The notes beneath the pieces are model-generated. The model was not told the DNA's origin and made no database searches. It was given only the letters and a program-made list of their open reading frames with translations. Positions 20,004 to 29,241 of a DNA stretch of 64,000 nucleotides are shown here, piece after piece; positions within the stretch are counted from its first letter, which is position 1; each line of letters opens with the position of its first letter. The stretch is from assembly GCF_056746865.1 (NCBI RefSeq), contig NZ_CM163382.1; one strand, written 5' to 3'. A program made the position numbers and the translations under genes.

Positions 20004-21502
20004 CAGAAACGCTCCAGTTCAGGGAAAGGTAAATGACCGTGATGCACATGCATGGCACCAAATTCAGCACAGCGGTGTAGCGTGGGAATGTTTTTCCCAG
20101 GGTTCAGCAAACCATCGGGGTCAAACGCCGCCTTGACCGCATGGAAGGTCGTGATTTCATCGCTGTTGAACTGGGCGCACATTTGATTGATTTTTTCTCG
20201 CCCGATGCCATGTTCCCCACTGATGCTGCCGCCAACTTCAACGCAGAGTTCGAGGATCTTCCCACCCAGCTCTTCCGCGCGGGCAAATTCACCGGGTTCG
20301 TTGGCATCGAAAAGGATTAACGGGTGCATGTTGCCATCTCCGGCATGAAAGACGTTGGCAACGCGTAAATCATATTGCTGCGATAAACGGGCAATGCCTT
20401 CCAGTACGCCAGGCAGTGCGCGACGCGGGATGGTGCCATCCATGCAGTAGTAATCCGGGGAGATACGTCCTACCGCCGGGAACGCATTTTTGCGACCGGC
20501 CCAGAAACGTACGCGCTCTGCTTCGTCCTGTGCCAGACGGACGTCAGTCGCACCCGCTTTCAACAAGATGTCGTTAACCCGCTCGCAGTCTTCCTGTACG
20601 TCAGACTCCACGCCGTCCAGTTCGCATAACAAAATCGCTTCGGCGTCGACGGGATAACCGGCATGAATAAAATCTTCCGCCGCGCGGATCGACAGGTTAT
20701 CCATCATCTCCAGCCCGCCGGGGATAATGCCATTAGCGATGATGTCACCAACCGCAAGTCCGGCTTTTTCTACCGAGTCAAAGCTTGCTAACAGAACCCG
20801 CGCCACGGGCGGCTTCGGCAACAGCTTCACCGTCACTTCGGTGGTCACGCCGAGCATACCTTCCGATCCGGTGAACAACGCCAGCAGGTCAAAACCAGGC
20901 GAATCCAGCGCATCCGATCCTAGCGTCAGCGCCTCGCCATCCAGCGTTTGCACTTCAATTTTCAGCAGGTTATGTACGGTCAGACCATATTTCAGGCAGT
21001 GGACGCCGCCGGCATTTTCCGCCACATTGCCGCCAATCGAGCAGGCGATTTGTGAGGAAGGATCCGGCGCGTAATAGAGATTATGCGGCGCAACGGCCTG
21101 GGAGATCGCCAGGTTACGCACGCCCGGCTGCACGCGCGCGCGGCGACCAACGGGGTTAATGTCGAGGATCTCTTTAAAGCGCGCCATCACCAACAACACA
21201 CCTTTTTCCAGCGGCAGCGCGCCACCAGAAAGCCCGGTGCCTGCACCACGGGTCACCACCGGCACACGCAGGCGGTGGCAGACAGCCAGAATCGCCGTCA
21301 CCTGTTCCATCTGCTTAGGCAGAACAACCAGTAATGGACGCGTGCGATACGCGCTCAACCCGTCACACTCGTAAGGAATGATCTCCTCATCGGTATGCAG
21401 GATCTCAAGTCCAGGGACATGCTCACGCAGTGCCATCAGTACCGATGTGCGGTCGACATCGGGTAAAGCGCCATCAAGACGCTCTTCGTACAAGATGCTC
21501 AT
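20003..21502 (-). CDS. glcD: Glycolate oxidase subunit GlcD (FAD-linked oxidase)
   Basis: 499-aa ORF MSILYEERLDGALPDVDRTSVLMALREHVPGLEILHTDEE; FAD-linked oxidase. Confidence 0.95.
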   Translation of the reverse strand: MSILYEERLDGALPDVDRTSVLMALREHVPGLEILHTDEEIIPYECDGLSAYRTRPLLVVLPKQMEQVTAILAVCHRLRVPVVTRGAGTGLSGGALPLEKGVLLVMARFKEILDINPVGRRARVQPGVRNLAISQAVAPHNLYYAPDPSSQIACSIGGNVAENAGGVHCLKYGLTVHNLLKIEVQTLDGEALTLGSDALDSPGFDLLALFTGSEGMLGVTTEVTVKLLPKPPVARVLLASFDSVEKAGLAVGDIIANGIIPGGLEMMDNLSIRAAEDFIHAGYPVDAEAILLCELDGVESDVQEDCERVNDILLKAGATDVRLAQDEAERVRFWAGRKNAFPAVGRISPDYYCMDGTIPRRALPGVLEGIARLSQQYDLRVANVFHAGDGNMHPLILFDANEPGEFARAEELGGKILELCVEVGGSISGEHGIGREKINQMCAQFNSDEITTFHAVKAAFDPDGLLNPGKNIPTLHRCAEFGAMHVHHGHLPFPELERF

Positions 21503-21752
21503 GAGTAGGCTTCGCTTTGTTGTGTTGTGTGGCAGCTGATTTTTGCGCGCTGCTTCTGTGAACAGTTATTAAGCGGGCTTTTCGTTTTCGTCTATCTCTT
21601 TAGCTACCGGTCAGACCATTTTTTTTCCAGCTCTGTGACCTTGTCTTGGTTAACTCAATGTTAAATTGATGTAACATAATCACTTACGTGATGTGCGTGT
21701 TTTGCGAGTTAAGAACAGAAAAATTGGTCCTACCTGTGCACGAGGTCCGGGA
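21503..21752. promoter_or_regulatory. Divergent glcC / glcDEFGBA control region
   Basis: Non-coding 250 bp between divergent glcD and glcC starts; individual binding sites not resolved by eye. Confidence 0.5.
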
Positions 21753-22517
21753 ATGAAAGATGAACGTCGCCCTATTTGCGAAGTGGTTGCAGAGAGTATC
21801 GAACGGTTAATTATCGACGGCGTACTGAAGGTCGGTCAGCCGCTTCCCTCGGAACGTCGACTGTGTGAAAAGCTCGGCTTCTCACGCTCCGCACTGCGTG
21901 AAGGGCTGACCGTGCTGCGCGGGCGCGGGATTATTGAAACGGCGCAGGGTCGCGATTCTCGTGTCGCACGGCTTAATCGGGTGCAGGACACCAGCCCGCT
22001 AATTCATCTGTTCAGCACGCAGCCGCGAACGCTGTACGATCTGCTCGACGTTCGCGCATTACTGGAGGGCGAATCGGCAAGGCTGGCGGCAACGCTGGGA
22101 ACGCAGGCTGATTTTGTTGTGATAACTCGCTGTTATGAAAAAATGCTCGCCGCCAGTGAGAATAACAAAGAGATTTCGCTGATCGAACATGCGCAGTTGG
22201 ATCACGCTTTCCATCTCGCCATTTGTCAGGCTTCTCACAATCAGGTGCTGGTGTTTACGCTGCAATCATTGACCGATCTGATGTTTAATTCAGTGTTTGC
22301 CAGCGTAAATAATCTCTACCATCGACCACAGCAAAAAAAGCAGATCGATCGCCAGCATGCGCGGATCTACAACGCGGTGTTGCAGCGGCTGCCGCACGTC
22401 GCCCAGCGCGCAGCACGCGATCATGTGCGGACCGTGAAAAAGAATCTCCACGATATCGAGCTGGAAGGCCACCATTTGATTCGCTCGGCGGTGCCGCTGG
22501 AGATGAACCTGAGTTAG
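21753..22517 (+). CDS. glcC: GntR/FadR-family transcriptional activator of the glc operon
   Basis: ORF 21693..22517; ATG at 21753 gives MKDERRPICEVVAESIERLIIDGVLKVGQPLPSERRLCEKLGFSRSALREGL (GntR HTH); 254 aa. Confidence 0.9.
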   Translation: MKDERRPICEVVAESIERLIIDGVLKVGQPLPSERRLCEKLGFSRSALREGLTVLRGRGIIETAQGRDSRVARLNRVQDTSPLIHLFSTQPRTLYDLLDVRALLEGESARLAATLGTQADFVVITRCYEKMLAASENNKEISLIEHAQLDHAFHLAICQASHNQVLVFTLQSLTDLMFNSVFASVNNLYHRPQQKKQIDRQHARIYNAVLQRLPHVAQRAARDHVRTVKKNLHDIELEGHHLIRSAVPLEMNLS

Positions 22518-22523
22518 CTGGTA

Positions 22524-23648
22524 TTAAATTTGCTTTTCATACAATCGGTAACGCTTGTACGGCTCCGCCCCAATGCGTTCCAGCATGTTATTCATGCCTG
22601 TATTGGTTTCGAGGATCCATGACATCTCCAGCGCATCGATCTTCCGGCGGGCAAACGGATCGCGTAAGGCTTCAATCAATAACAGCGCAATCACCGGGCC
22701 GATGCGGCTGAACTGATACTCGTCGCGCACGCCCATCAGCGGTACTCGCGCAGTTCGCACACCGCTGACTTTCAAACGCCACAGCAATTTTGCCCAGCCG
22801 AAGGGAAAGAGCGATCCGTTCAGATCGGCAATCGCCTCGTTGATGTTCGGCAAGCCGACAATAAACGCGCAGGGTGCAGAATCAATCTCAGCGATATAGA
22901 TCATATCGTCCGGCACCAGATATTTAAGTTGATCGCCCATGGTCGCGAATTCATGTTCGGTAAACGGCACAAATCCCCAGTTGTGCTGCCAGCCAGAGTT
23001 GAAAATCTCACGCAGGATCTGCATCTCTTCGGCAAACCGCTGACGATTGATGCAGCGAATGGTCACCTTTTTGCGCACCTGATCCATCAGTTTTTTTAGC
23101 GCCGGAGAGAAAGTGAGATCGGTTCGCTGCATCCACCACGCCAGTAAATCAATGCCTTTGTGATAACCCAGTTGTTCAATATGCGCGGCATACCACGGTT
23201 TGCCGTGTGGCATCATCGCACAGGGTGGTGTGTCAAAACCTTCAATCAGTAATCCGCTTTCCTGATTGATATTCAGGCTGAAAGGACCGCTGATCTTACT
23301 TGCACCTTGTGACTTCAACCACGCTTCCGCTGCGCCAAACAACGCGGCAAAAACCTGCGGATCATCAATGGCGTCAATCATGCCGAAATGACCGGTATCT
23401 TTGCCGTAACGCTCGCGGTGCAAGGTATCTATTTGCGCGGTAATACGCCCAACTATCTGCCCCGCTTTTTTTGCCACCCACGCCTGCCAGATGATATGGT
23501 CCGTCCCCGGATTTTTCGCAGACAAATGCTCGTTGCGTTCAATGAATAAAGGGGGTATCCAGTTTGGATCGTCGGGATAAAGTGATGACGGAAAAGCGAT
23601 AAATGCCTTAAGGTCATTTTTATTAATTACTTTTTCAATTTTAATCAT
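22524..23648 (-). CDS. yghO: YghO: putative acyltransferase (GNAT-like fold suspected, unverified), full-length form
   Basis: ORF 22524..23744; probable ATG at 23648 (MIKIEKVINKNDLKAFIAF...), alternative at 23666; divergent from the lipid-biosynthesis operon. Fold assignment is recollection. Confidence 0.6.
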   Translation of the reverse strand: MIKIEKVINKNDLKAFIAFPSSLYPDDPNWIPPLFIERNEHLSAKNPGTDHIIWQAWVAKKAGQIVGRITAQIDTLHRERYGKDTGHFGMIDAIDDPQVFAALFGAAEAWLKSQGASKISGPFSLNINQESGLLIEGFDTPPCAMMPHGKPWYAAHIEQLGYHKGIDLLAWWMQRTDLTFSPALKKLMDQVRKKVTIRCINRQRFAEEMQILREIFNSGWQHNWGFVPFTEHEFATMGDQLKYLVPDDMIYIAEIDSAPCAFIVGLPNINEAIADLNGSLFPFGWAKLLWRLKVSGVRTARVPLMGVRDEYQFSRIGPVIALLLIEALRDPFARRKIDALEMSWILETNTGMNNMLERIGAEPYKRYRLYEKQI

Positions 23649-24042
23649 CAGCAGATCGCATTCCATAGTTCTGTTCTGTGGGTAACAAATAATTAACGGT
23701 GACAAACAGGTTGCAACAGCAACGAACGGCACCTTAATAATCAACCCAATGAATACAAACGACGAATAAATAGTATTTATTAATGATTACGATAAGGTCA
23801 GAGACTACACAGAAGCGCCACAATGCCTTTTGTCGATTTAAGGCGACCGGACAAGGCTTCTTCTTAATATATTCATAAATTAAATATCATTCACAATAAA
23901 AACAAAAAAACTCAAACTCATTATTTAAATCAATGTTCATTTTCACACTGATGAAAATACTATCTCATTTATCTTTTATGCCTATATAATCCACCGCATT
24001 ATTGTCATTTTATTTTGGATATCCAATTTTTTCGTGGTGTAT
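23649..24042. promoter_or_regulatory. AT-rich divergent promoter region between yghO and the acyl-AMP ligase operon
   Basis: About 390 bp non-coding, very AT-rich (A/T runs at 23860-23960). Confidence 0.4.
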
Positions 24043-25764
24043 ATGTCTAATAAAATCTTTACGCATTCCCTACCTATGCGCTATGCCGATTTTCCAACGC
24101 TTGTTGATGCTTTGGACTACGCCGCTCTGAGTAGCGCCGGAATGAATTTTTATGACAGACGTTGCCAACTTGAAGATCAACTGGAATATCAGACGTTAAA
24201 AGCACGTGCCGAAGCTGGTGCGAAGCGGTTGTTATCGCTGAACCTGAAAAAAGGCGATCGCGTGGCACTGATTGCCGAAACAAGTAGCGAGTTCGTAGAG
24301 GCTTTTTTTGCCTGCCAGTATGCCGGCTTAGTCGCCGTCCCGTTGGCGATTCCAATGGGCGTTGGTCAGCGGGATTCCTGGAGCGCCAAATTGCAGGGTT
24401 TACTGGCAAGTTGCCAGCCCGCAGCCATTATCACTGGTGATGAGTGGTTGCCACTGGTCAATGCCGCGACGCATGACAACCCCGAATTACATGTTTTAAG
24501 CCACGCCTGGTTTAAGGCATTACCGGAAGCCGATGTTGCGCTCCAGCGTCCAGTTCCGAACGATATCGCCTACCTCCAGTACACCTCCGGCAGCACCCGT
24601 TTTCCCCGTGGCGTCATTATCACCCATCGCGAAGTGATGGCTAATCTACGTGCTATAAGCCACGACGGCATTAAATTACGCCCTGGCGACCGCTGCGTCT
24701 CCTGGCTGCCTTTCTACCATGATATGGGACTGGTCGGCTTTCTCCTGACCCCCGTCGCCACGCAGCTTTCAGTAGATTATTTGCGCACTCAGGATTTTGC
24801 CATGCGTCCTCTGCAATGGCTTAAATTGATCAGTAAAAATCGCGGCACCGTTTCCGTTGCGCCGCCGTTTGGCTATGAATTGTGCCAGCGCCGCGTGAAT
24901 GAAAAAGATCTCGCTGAACTGGATCTTTCCTGCTGGCGCGTCGCTGGTATTGGTGCAGAACCCATCTCCGCAGAACAACTCCATCAATTCGCTGAATGTT
25001 TCCGTCAGGTTAACTTTGACAATAAAACTTTCATGCCGTGCTACGGACTGGCAGAAAATGCGCTGGCTGTCAGCTTCTCTGATGAAGCCTCCGGGGTTGT
25101 GGTTAACGAAGTGGATCGCGACATCCTCGAATATCAGGGTAAAGCCGTCGCGCCGGGTGCAGAGACACGCGCCGTATCGACTTTCGTCAACTGCGGCAAA
25201 GCGTTGCCGGAACATGGTATTGAAATCCGCAATGAAGCAGGTATGCCGGTCGCGGAACGTGTGGTAGGCCATATTTGCATCTCCGGTCCCAGTCTGATGA
25301 GCGGTTACTTTGGCGACCAGGTTTCGCAAGACGAGATTGCCGCGACGGGCTGGTTAGACACCGGCGACCTCGGTTATCTGCTGGACGGTTATCTGTATGT
25401 CACCGGACGCATTAAAGATCTGATTATTATTCGTGGCCGTAATATCTGGCCGCAGGATATTGAATATATAGCGGAACAGGAACCGGAAATTCATTCTGGC
25501 GATGCGATTGCTTTTGTTACCGCCCAGGAAAAAATCATTTTGCAGATCCAGTGTCGGATCAGCGACGAAGAACGTCGCGGGCAGCTTATCCACGCGCTGG
25601 CGGCACGGATCCAAAGCGAATTTGGCGTGACCGCGGCTATCGATCTGTTGCCGCCCCACAGTATTCCCCGAACGTCCTCCGGCAAGCCTGCCCGTGCGGA
25701 AGCGAAAAAACGTTATCAGAAGGCTTATGCTGCCAGTCTTAATGTGCAGGAATCCCTGGCATGA
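24043..25764 (+). CDS. AMP-binding enzyme: fatty acyl-AMP ligase / acyl-ACP synthetase-like
   Basis: ORF 24034..25764 (GTG); ATG at 24043 MSNKIF...; AMP-binding signatures YTSGSTRFPRGV (P-loop-like) and GYGLAE-like (CYGLAENALAV), C-terminal SSGKPAR; stop overlaps next start (ATGA). Confidence 0.8.
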   Translation: MSNKIFTHSLPMRYADFPTLVDALDYAALSSAGMNFYDRRCQLEDQLEYQTLKARAEAGAKRLLSLNLKKGDRVALIAETSSEFVEAFFACQYAGLVAVPLAIPMGVGQRDSWSAKLQGLLASCQPAAIITGDEWLPLVNAATHDNPELHVLSHAWFKALPEADVALQRPVPNDIAYLQYTSGSTRFPRGVIITHREVMANLRAISHDGIKLRPGDRCVSWLPFYHDMGLVGFLLTPVATQLSVDYLRTQDFAMRPLQWLKLISKNRGTVSVAPPFGYELCQRRVNEKDLAELDLSCWRVAGIGAEPISAEQLHQFAECFRQVNFDNKTFMPCYGLAENALAVSFSDEASGVVVNEVDRDILEYQGKAVAPGAETRAVSTFVNCGKALPEHGIEIRNEAGMPVAERVVGHICISGPSLMSGYFGDQVSQDEIAATGWLDTGDLGYLLDGYLYVTGRIKDLIIIRGRNIWPQDIEYIAEQEPEIHSGDAIAFVTAQEKIILQIQCRISDEERRGQLIHALAARIQSEFGVTAAIDLLPPHSIPRTSSGKPARAEAKKRYQKAYAASLNVQESLA

Positions 25765-26675
25765 ATCAAACTGTCGCGGTGACGGGCGCTACCGGGTTTA
25801 TCGGTAAATATATTATCGATAACCTGCTCGCCCGCGGCTTTCACGTTCGCGCATTGACGCGTACTGCCCGCGCTCACGTCAATGATAATCTCACCTGGGT
25901 GCGCGGTTCGCTGGAAGATACTCATTCACTTAGCGAGCTGGTTGCCGGAGCCAGCGTAGTGGTCCATTGCGCCGGGCAAGTGCGCGGGCACAAAGAAGAG
26001 ATTTTCACCCGCTGTAACGTTGACGGCAGCCTGCGCCTGATGCAAGCAGCAAAAGAGAGCGGCTTTTGCCAACGTTTTCTGTTTATCTCTTCGCTGGCGG
26101 CGCGCCATCCCGAGCTCTCCTGGTATGCAAAATCCAAATACGTCGCCGAGCAACGACTGGCAGCAATGGCGGACGAAATTACGCTGGGCGTTTTTCGCCC
26201 GACAGCCGTGTATGGTCCCGGCGATAAAGAGTTAAAACCGCTGTTTGACTGGATGCTGCGCGGCCTGCTGCCACGACTTGGTGCGCCAGATACACAGCTC
26301 TCTTTTCTGCACGTCACCGATTTCGCGCAAGCAGTGGGTCAGTGGTTAAGCGCCGAAACTATACAGACGCAAACCTATGAATTATGCGATGGCGTCGTCG
26401 GCGGCTATGACTGGCAACGCGTACAGCAACTTGCCGCCGACGCCCGTTGCGGTTCCGTGCGAATGGTTGGCATTCCTCTGCCGGTACTCACCGGCCTTGC
26501 GGATATCAGTACCGCGTTGAGTCGCCTGGCAGGTAAAGAACCTATGCTGACCCGCTCGAAAATTCGTGAATTAACCCACGCCGACTGGTCGGCAAGTAAT
26601 AACCGTATTTCTGAAGATATTAATTGGTTTCCCGGGATTAGCCTGGAACACGCATTACGCAACGGGCTATTTTGA
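25761..26675 (+). CDS. NAD(P)-binding epimerase/dehydratase-fold protein, probable reductase
   Basis: 304 aa; N-terminal Rossmann motif VAVTGATGFIGKYI; extended SDR/epimerase family; translationally coupled to upstream ligase. Confidence 0.8.
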   Translation: MNQTVAVTGATGFIGKYIIDNLLARGFHVRALTRTARAHVNDNLTWVRGSLEDTHSLSELVAGASVVVHCAGQVRGHKEEIFTRCNVDGSLRLMQAAKESGFCQRFLFISSLAARHPELSWYAKSKYVAEQRLAAMADEITLGVFRPTAVYGPGDKELKPLFDWMLRGLLPRLGAPDTQLSFLHVTDFAQAVGQWLSAETIQTQTYELCDGVVGGYDWQRVQQLAADARCGSVRMVGIPLPVLTGLADISTALSRLAGKEPMLTRSKIRELTHADWSASNNRISEDINWFPGISLEHALRNGLF

Positions 26676-26706
26676 TTGTCTTGTTTAAAGGTGTGTTAAC
26701 GTTTCT

Positions 26707-26955
26707 ATGGTAAATCGTGAAATAGTAATGGATTACATCCTTTCCTGTTTACAGGATTTGGTCGAAAACGGTGTGGAAATTAAGCCCGACAGCGATCTCG
26801 TCAACGATCTTGGCCTGGAGTCGATCAAAGTGATGGATCTCTTAATGATGCTGGAAGACAGATTCGATATTTCCATTCCTATTAATATTCTGCTGGATGT
26901 CAAAACCCCTGCGCAATTAATGGAAACTCTACTTCCATGGCTGGAGAATAAATAA
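26707..26955 (+). CDS. Acyl carrier protein (standalone)
   Basis: 82 aa, acidic; DLGLESIKVMDLLMMLEDRF resembles the phosphopantetheine-attachment region (Ser in DLGLES). Confidence 0.8.
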   Translation: MVNREIVMDYILSCLQDLVENGVEIKPDSDLVNDLGLESIKVMDLLMMLEDRFDISIPINILLDVKTPAQLMETLLPWLENK

Positions 26956-28127
26956 TGGGGCTATACGATAAATATGCGCGCCTTGCTGGCGAGCGACTGC
27001 AATTTAGTGACAACGGGTTAACACCGTTTGGCACCTGTATTGATGAAGTGTATTCCGCCACCGAAGGCCGGATCGGCAATAAAAAAGTGATTCTGGCCGG
27101 GACCAATAATTATCTCGGTTTAACCTTTAATCATGATGCCATCAGCGAAGGTCAGGCCGCGTTAGCGGCCCAAGGTACCGGCACCACCGGTTCTCGTATG
27201 GCAAACGGCAGTTATGCGCCGCACCTGGCGTTAGAGAAAGAGATTGCCGAGTTTTTCAATCGCCCTACCGCTATCGTTTTTTCAACCGGTTATACCGCTA
27301 ATTTAGGCGTCATCAGCGCACTTGCCGACCATAACGCCGTGGTGTTACTGGATGCCGACAGCCACGCCAGTATTTATGACGCCTGTTCTCTCGGTGGCGC
27401 GGAAATTATTCGTTTCCGCCATAACGATGCTAAAGATCTGGAACGGCGCATGGTTCGCCTCGGTGAACGGGCGAAAGAGGCGATTATCATCGTTGAGGGT
27501 ATCTACAGCATGCTCGGTGACGTTGCGCCGTTAGCGGAAATTGTTGATATCAAACGTCGTCTCGGTGGTTATTTGATTGTCGATGAAGCGCATTCGTTTG
27601 GCGTGTTAGGCGCAACGGGGCGCGGACTGGCTGAAGCTGTCGGCGTTGAAGATGATGTGGATATTATCGTTGGCACCTTCAGTAAAAGTCTGGCCTCGAT
27701 TGGCGGTTTTGCTGTCGGTTCGGAAGCGATGGAAGTGCTGCGCTACGGCAGCCGCCCGTATATTTTTACCGCCTCTCCTTCTCCGTCCTGCATTGCGACC
27801 GTGCGCTCGTCGTTAAGAACTATTGCCACACAACCAGAGCTGCGGCAAAAGCTGATGGATAATGCCAACCATCTGTATGACGGTCTGCAAAAACTGGGTT
27901 ATGAGTTAAGTTCACATATTAGCCCGGTAGTGCCGGTAATAATCGGTTCGAAAGAGGACGGTTTACGCATCTGGCGCGAGCTTATTTCGCTGGGCGTTTA
28001 TGTGAATCTTATCCTGCCACCTGCCGCGCCTGCAGGCATCACGCTGCTGCGCTGTAGCGTAAACGCTGCTCACAGTCGTGAGCAAATCGATGCCATCATT
28101 CAGGCATTTGCTACTCTGAAGCAGTAA
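26955..28127 (+). CDS. PLP-dependent alpha-oxoamine synthase (serine palmitoyltransferase / BioF / Kbl family)
   Basis: 390 aa; PLP-lysine region GTFSKSLASIGGF, conserved DEAHSFGVLG; start overlaps ACP stop (TAATG). Confidence 0.85.
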   Translation: MGLYDKYARLAGERLQFSDNGLTPFGTCIDEVYSATEGRIGNKKVILAGTNNYLGLTFNHDAISEGQAALAAQGTGTTGSRMANGSYAPHLALEKEIAEFFNRPTAIVFSTGYTANLGVISALADHNAVVLLDADSHASIYDACSLGGAEIIRFRHNDAKDLERRMVRLGERAKEAIIIVEGIYSMLGDVAPLAEIVDIKRRLGGYLIVDEAHSFGVLGATGRGLAEAVGVEDDVDIIVGTFSKSLASIGGFAVGSEAMEVLRYGSRPYIFTASPSPSCIATVRSSLRTIATQPELRQKLMDNANHLYDGLQKLGYELSSHISPVVPVIIGSKEDGLRIWRELISLGVYVNLILPPAAPAGITLLRCSVNAAHSREQIDAIIQAFATLKQ

Positions 28128-28133
28128 TGTGAG

Positions 28134-28163
28134 CCCGCCGTGGTGTTGCGCCACGGCGGGTTT
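28134..28163. terminator. Bidirectional intrinsic terminator between convergent operons
   Basis: Stem CCCGCCGTGG..CCACGGCGGG followed by TTT, between the synthase stop (28127) and the LptG-like stop (28162). Confidence 0.55.
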
Positions 28164-29241
28164 AATGTTGTCTGTCATACCAATACACCAGGCTCAACGC
28201 CACCAGCACAAACGCTATCGGTAAACCGAGCGCGGTAACAGGTGCGCTCAACGCAAATAGCAATCCCAGATTGACCATGATTTGATAGCTGATCCAGGTG
28301 AGTAAGCCAACGATGACACCTACAGCGAGACGGCTACCCATCCCTGGCGAGCGCGGGGCGCTAAAGGTAAACGGCACAGCCAGCAAAATCATCGCCAGGG
28401 TCAGGATGGGTTGCCCCAGTTTTTCCCACAGTGCAAGGCGGTATTCGCTGCTGGGTTGCCCGGTTTCCTGCAAATAATGGATGTAATGATTAAGCTGACG
28501 GACAGAAAAAGTATTGCCCGGCATTGATAACTCTTCAAGATCCATACTGGTGAAGGCCGATTGCCAGGCAAGATTATCTAATGTTTCCAGCGTTTCTTTG
28601 CCATTCAGCCATTTTTTATGATTCACACCATGCAGGATCCACGTTTTGTCGTCTTCAATGGTGGCACTGCGTGCATAAATGTAGGATTCGAGCGAGAGAT
28701 CGTCGCGATAATGAAAAATCTCCACGCCCACCGGCTGGCCCTGCTCGTTCAGCGATTTCACCGTCACAAATTCATTACCACGCCTGGCCCACAGCATATT
28801 GCCGGTAATGTCATCGTCCTCCCCCAACGCGGTGGCGGTCGATTTGATTTGCAACGCCTGTTGCTGTAATGGCGACGCTACCCACTCATCTATCGCGCCT
28901 AACGAAACAGTCCACAATATCCCTGTAACCAGCGCCACCAGTGCAATACGGAAGATAGAAAACCCCATGCTGCGAATGGCGGTAAGCTCACTGTTTTTCG
29001 ATAACTGCCCCAGGCCGACAATCCCTCCCAATAAGGCGATAAATGGCGAAAGTTCGACCAGTGTGCGCGGTAAGGTCATTAGCACCACCAGCACCGCCTG
29101 AGTCCAGCGATAACCGCCCGGGCTGACATCATCCAGTTCGTTAATCAGGTTGAAGGTGGTAAAAAGCGGCAGCAATAGCCCTGCGGCGGCGGCAAAACCG
29201 AGAAAGAGATGACGGATTAAATAGCGGCTGAAAACATTCAT
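28162..29241 (-). CDS. LptG-like permease (YjgP/YjgQ family), paralog of LPS-transport permease
   Basis: ORF 28162..29322; probable ATG at 29241 (MNVFSRYLIRHLFLGFAAAAGLLLP); 6-TM-plus-periplasmic-domain architecture; 4-bp overlap with upstream gene. Confidence 0.7.
   Translation of the reverse strand: MNVFSRYLIRHLFLGFAAAAGLLLPLFTTFNLINELDDVSPGGYRWTQAVLVVLMTLPRTLVELSPFIALLGGIVGLGQLSKNSELTAIRSMGFSIFRIALVALVTGILWTVSLGAIDEWVASPLQQQALQIKSTATALGEDDDITGNMLWARRGNEFVTVKSLNEQGQPVGVEIFHYRDDLSLESYIYARSATIEDDKTWILHGVNHKKWLNGKETLETLDNLAWQSAFTSMDLEELSMPGNTFSVRQLNHYIHYLQETGQPSSEYRLALWEKLGQPILTLAMILLAVPFTFSAPRSPGMGSRLAVGVIVGLLTWISYQIMVNLGLLFALSAPVTALGLPIAFVLVALSLVYWYDRQH

Noticed and set aside
23749..24042. 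Possible small ORF or tRNA in the AT-rich yghO-ligase intergenic region
   Set aside because: No cloverleaf-compatible sequence or convincing ORF with RBS seen; interpreted as promoter/leader DNA.
26955..28127. Assigning the alpha-oxoamine synthase as BioF (biotin synthesis) or Kbl (threonine degradation)
   Set aside because: No bioA/B/C/D or tdh neighbours; the gene is coupled to an ACP, an acyl-AMP ligase and a reductase, which fits lipid-type chemistry better. It cannot be fully excluded without phylogeny, so it is kept as a family-level call.
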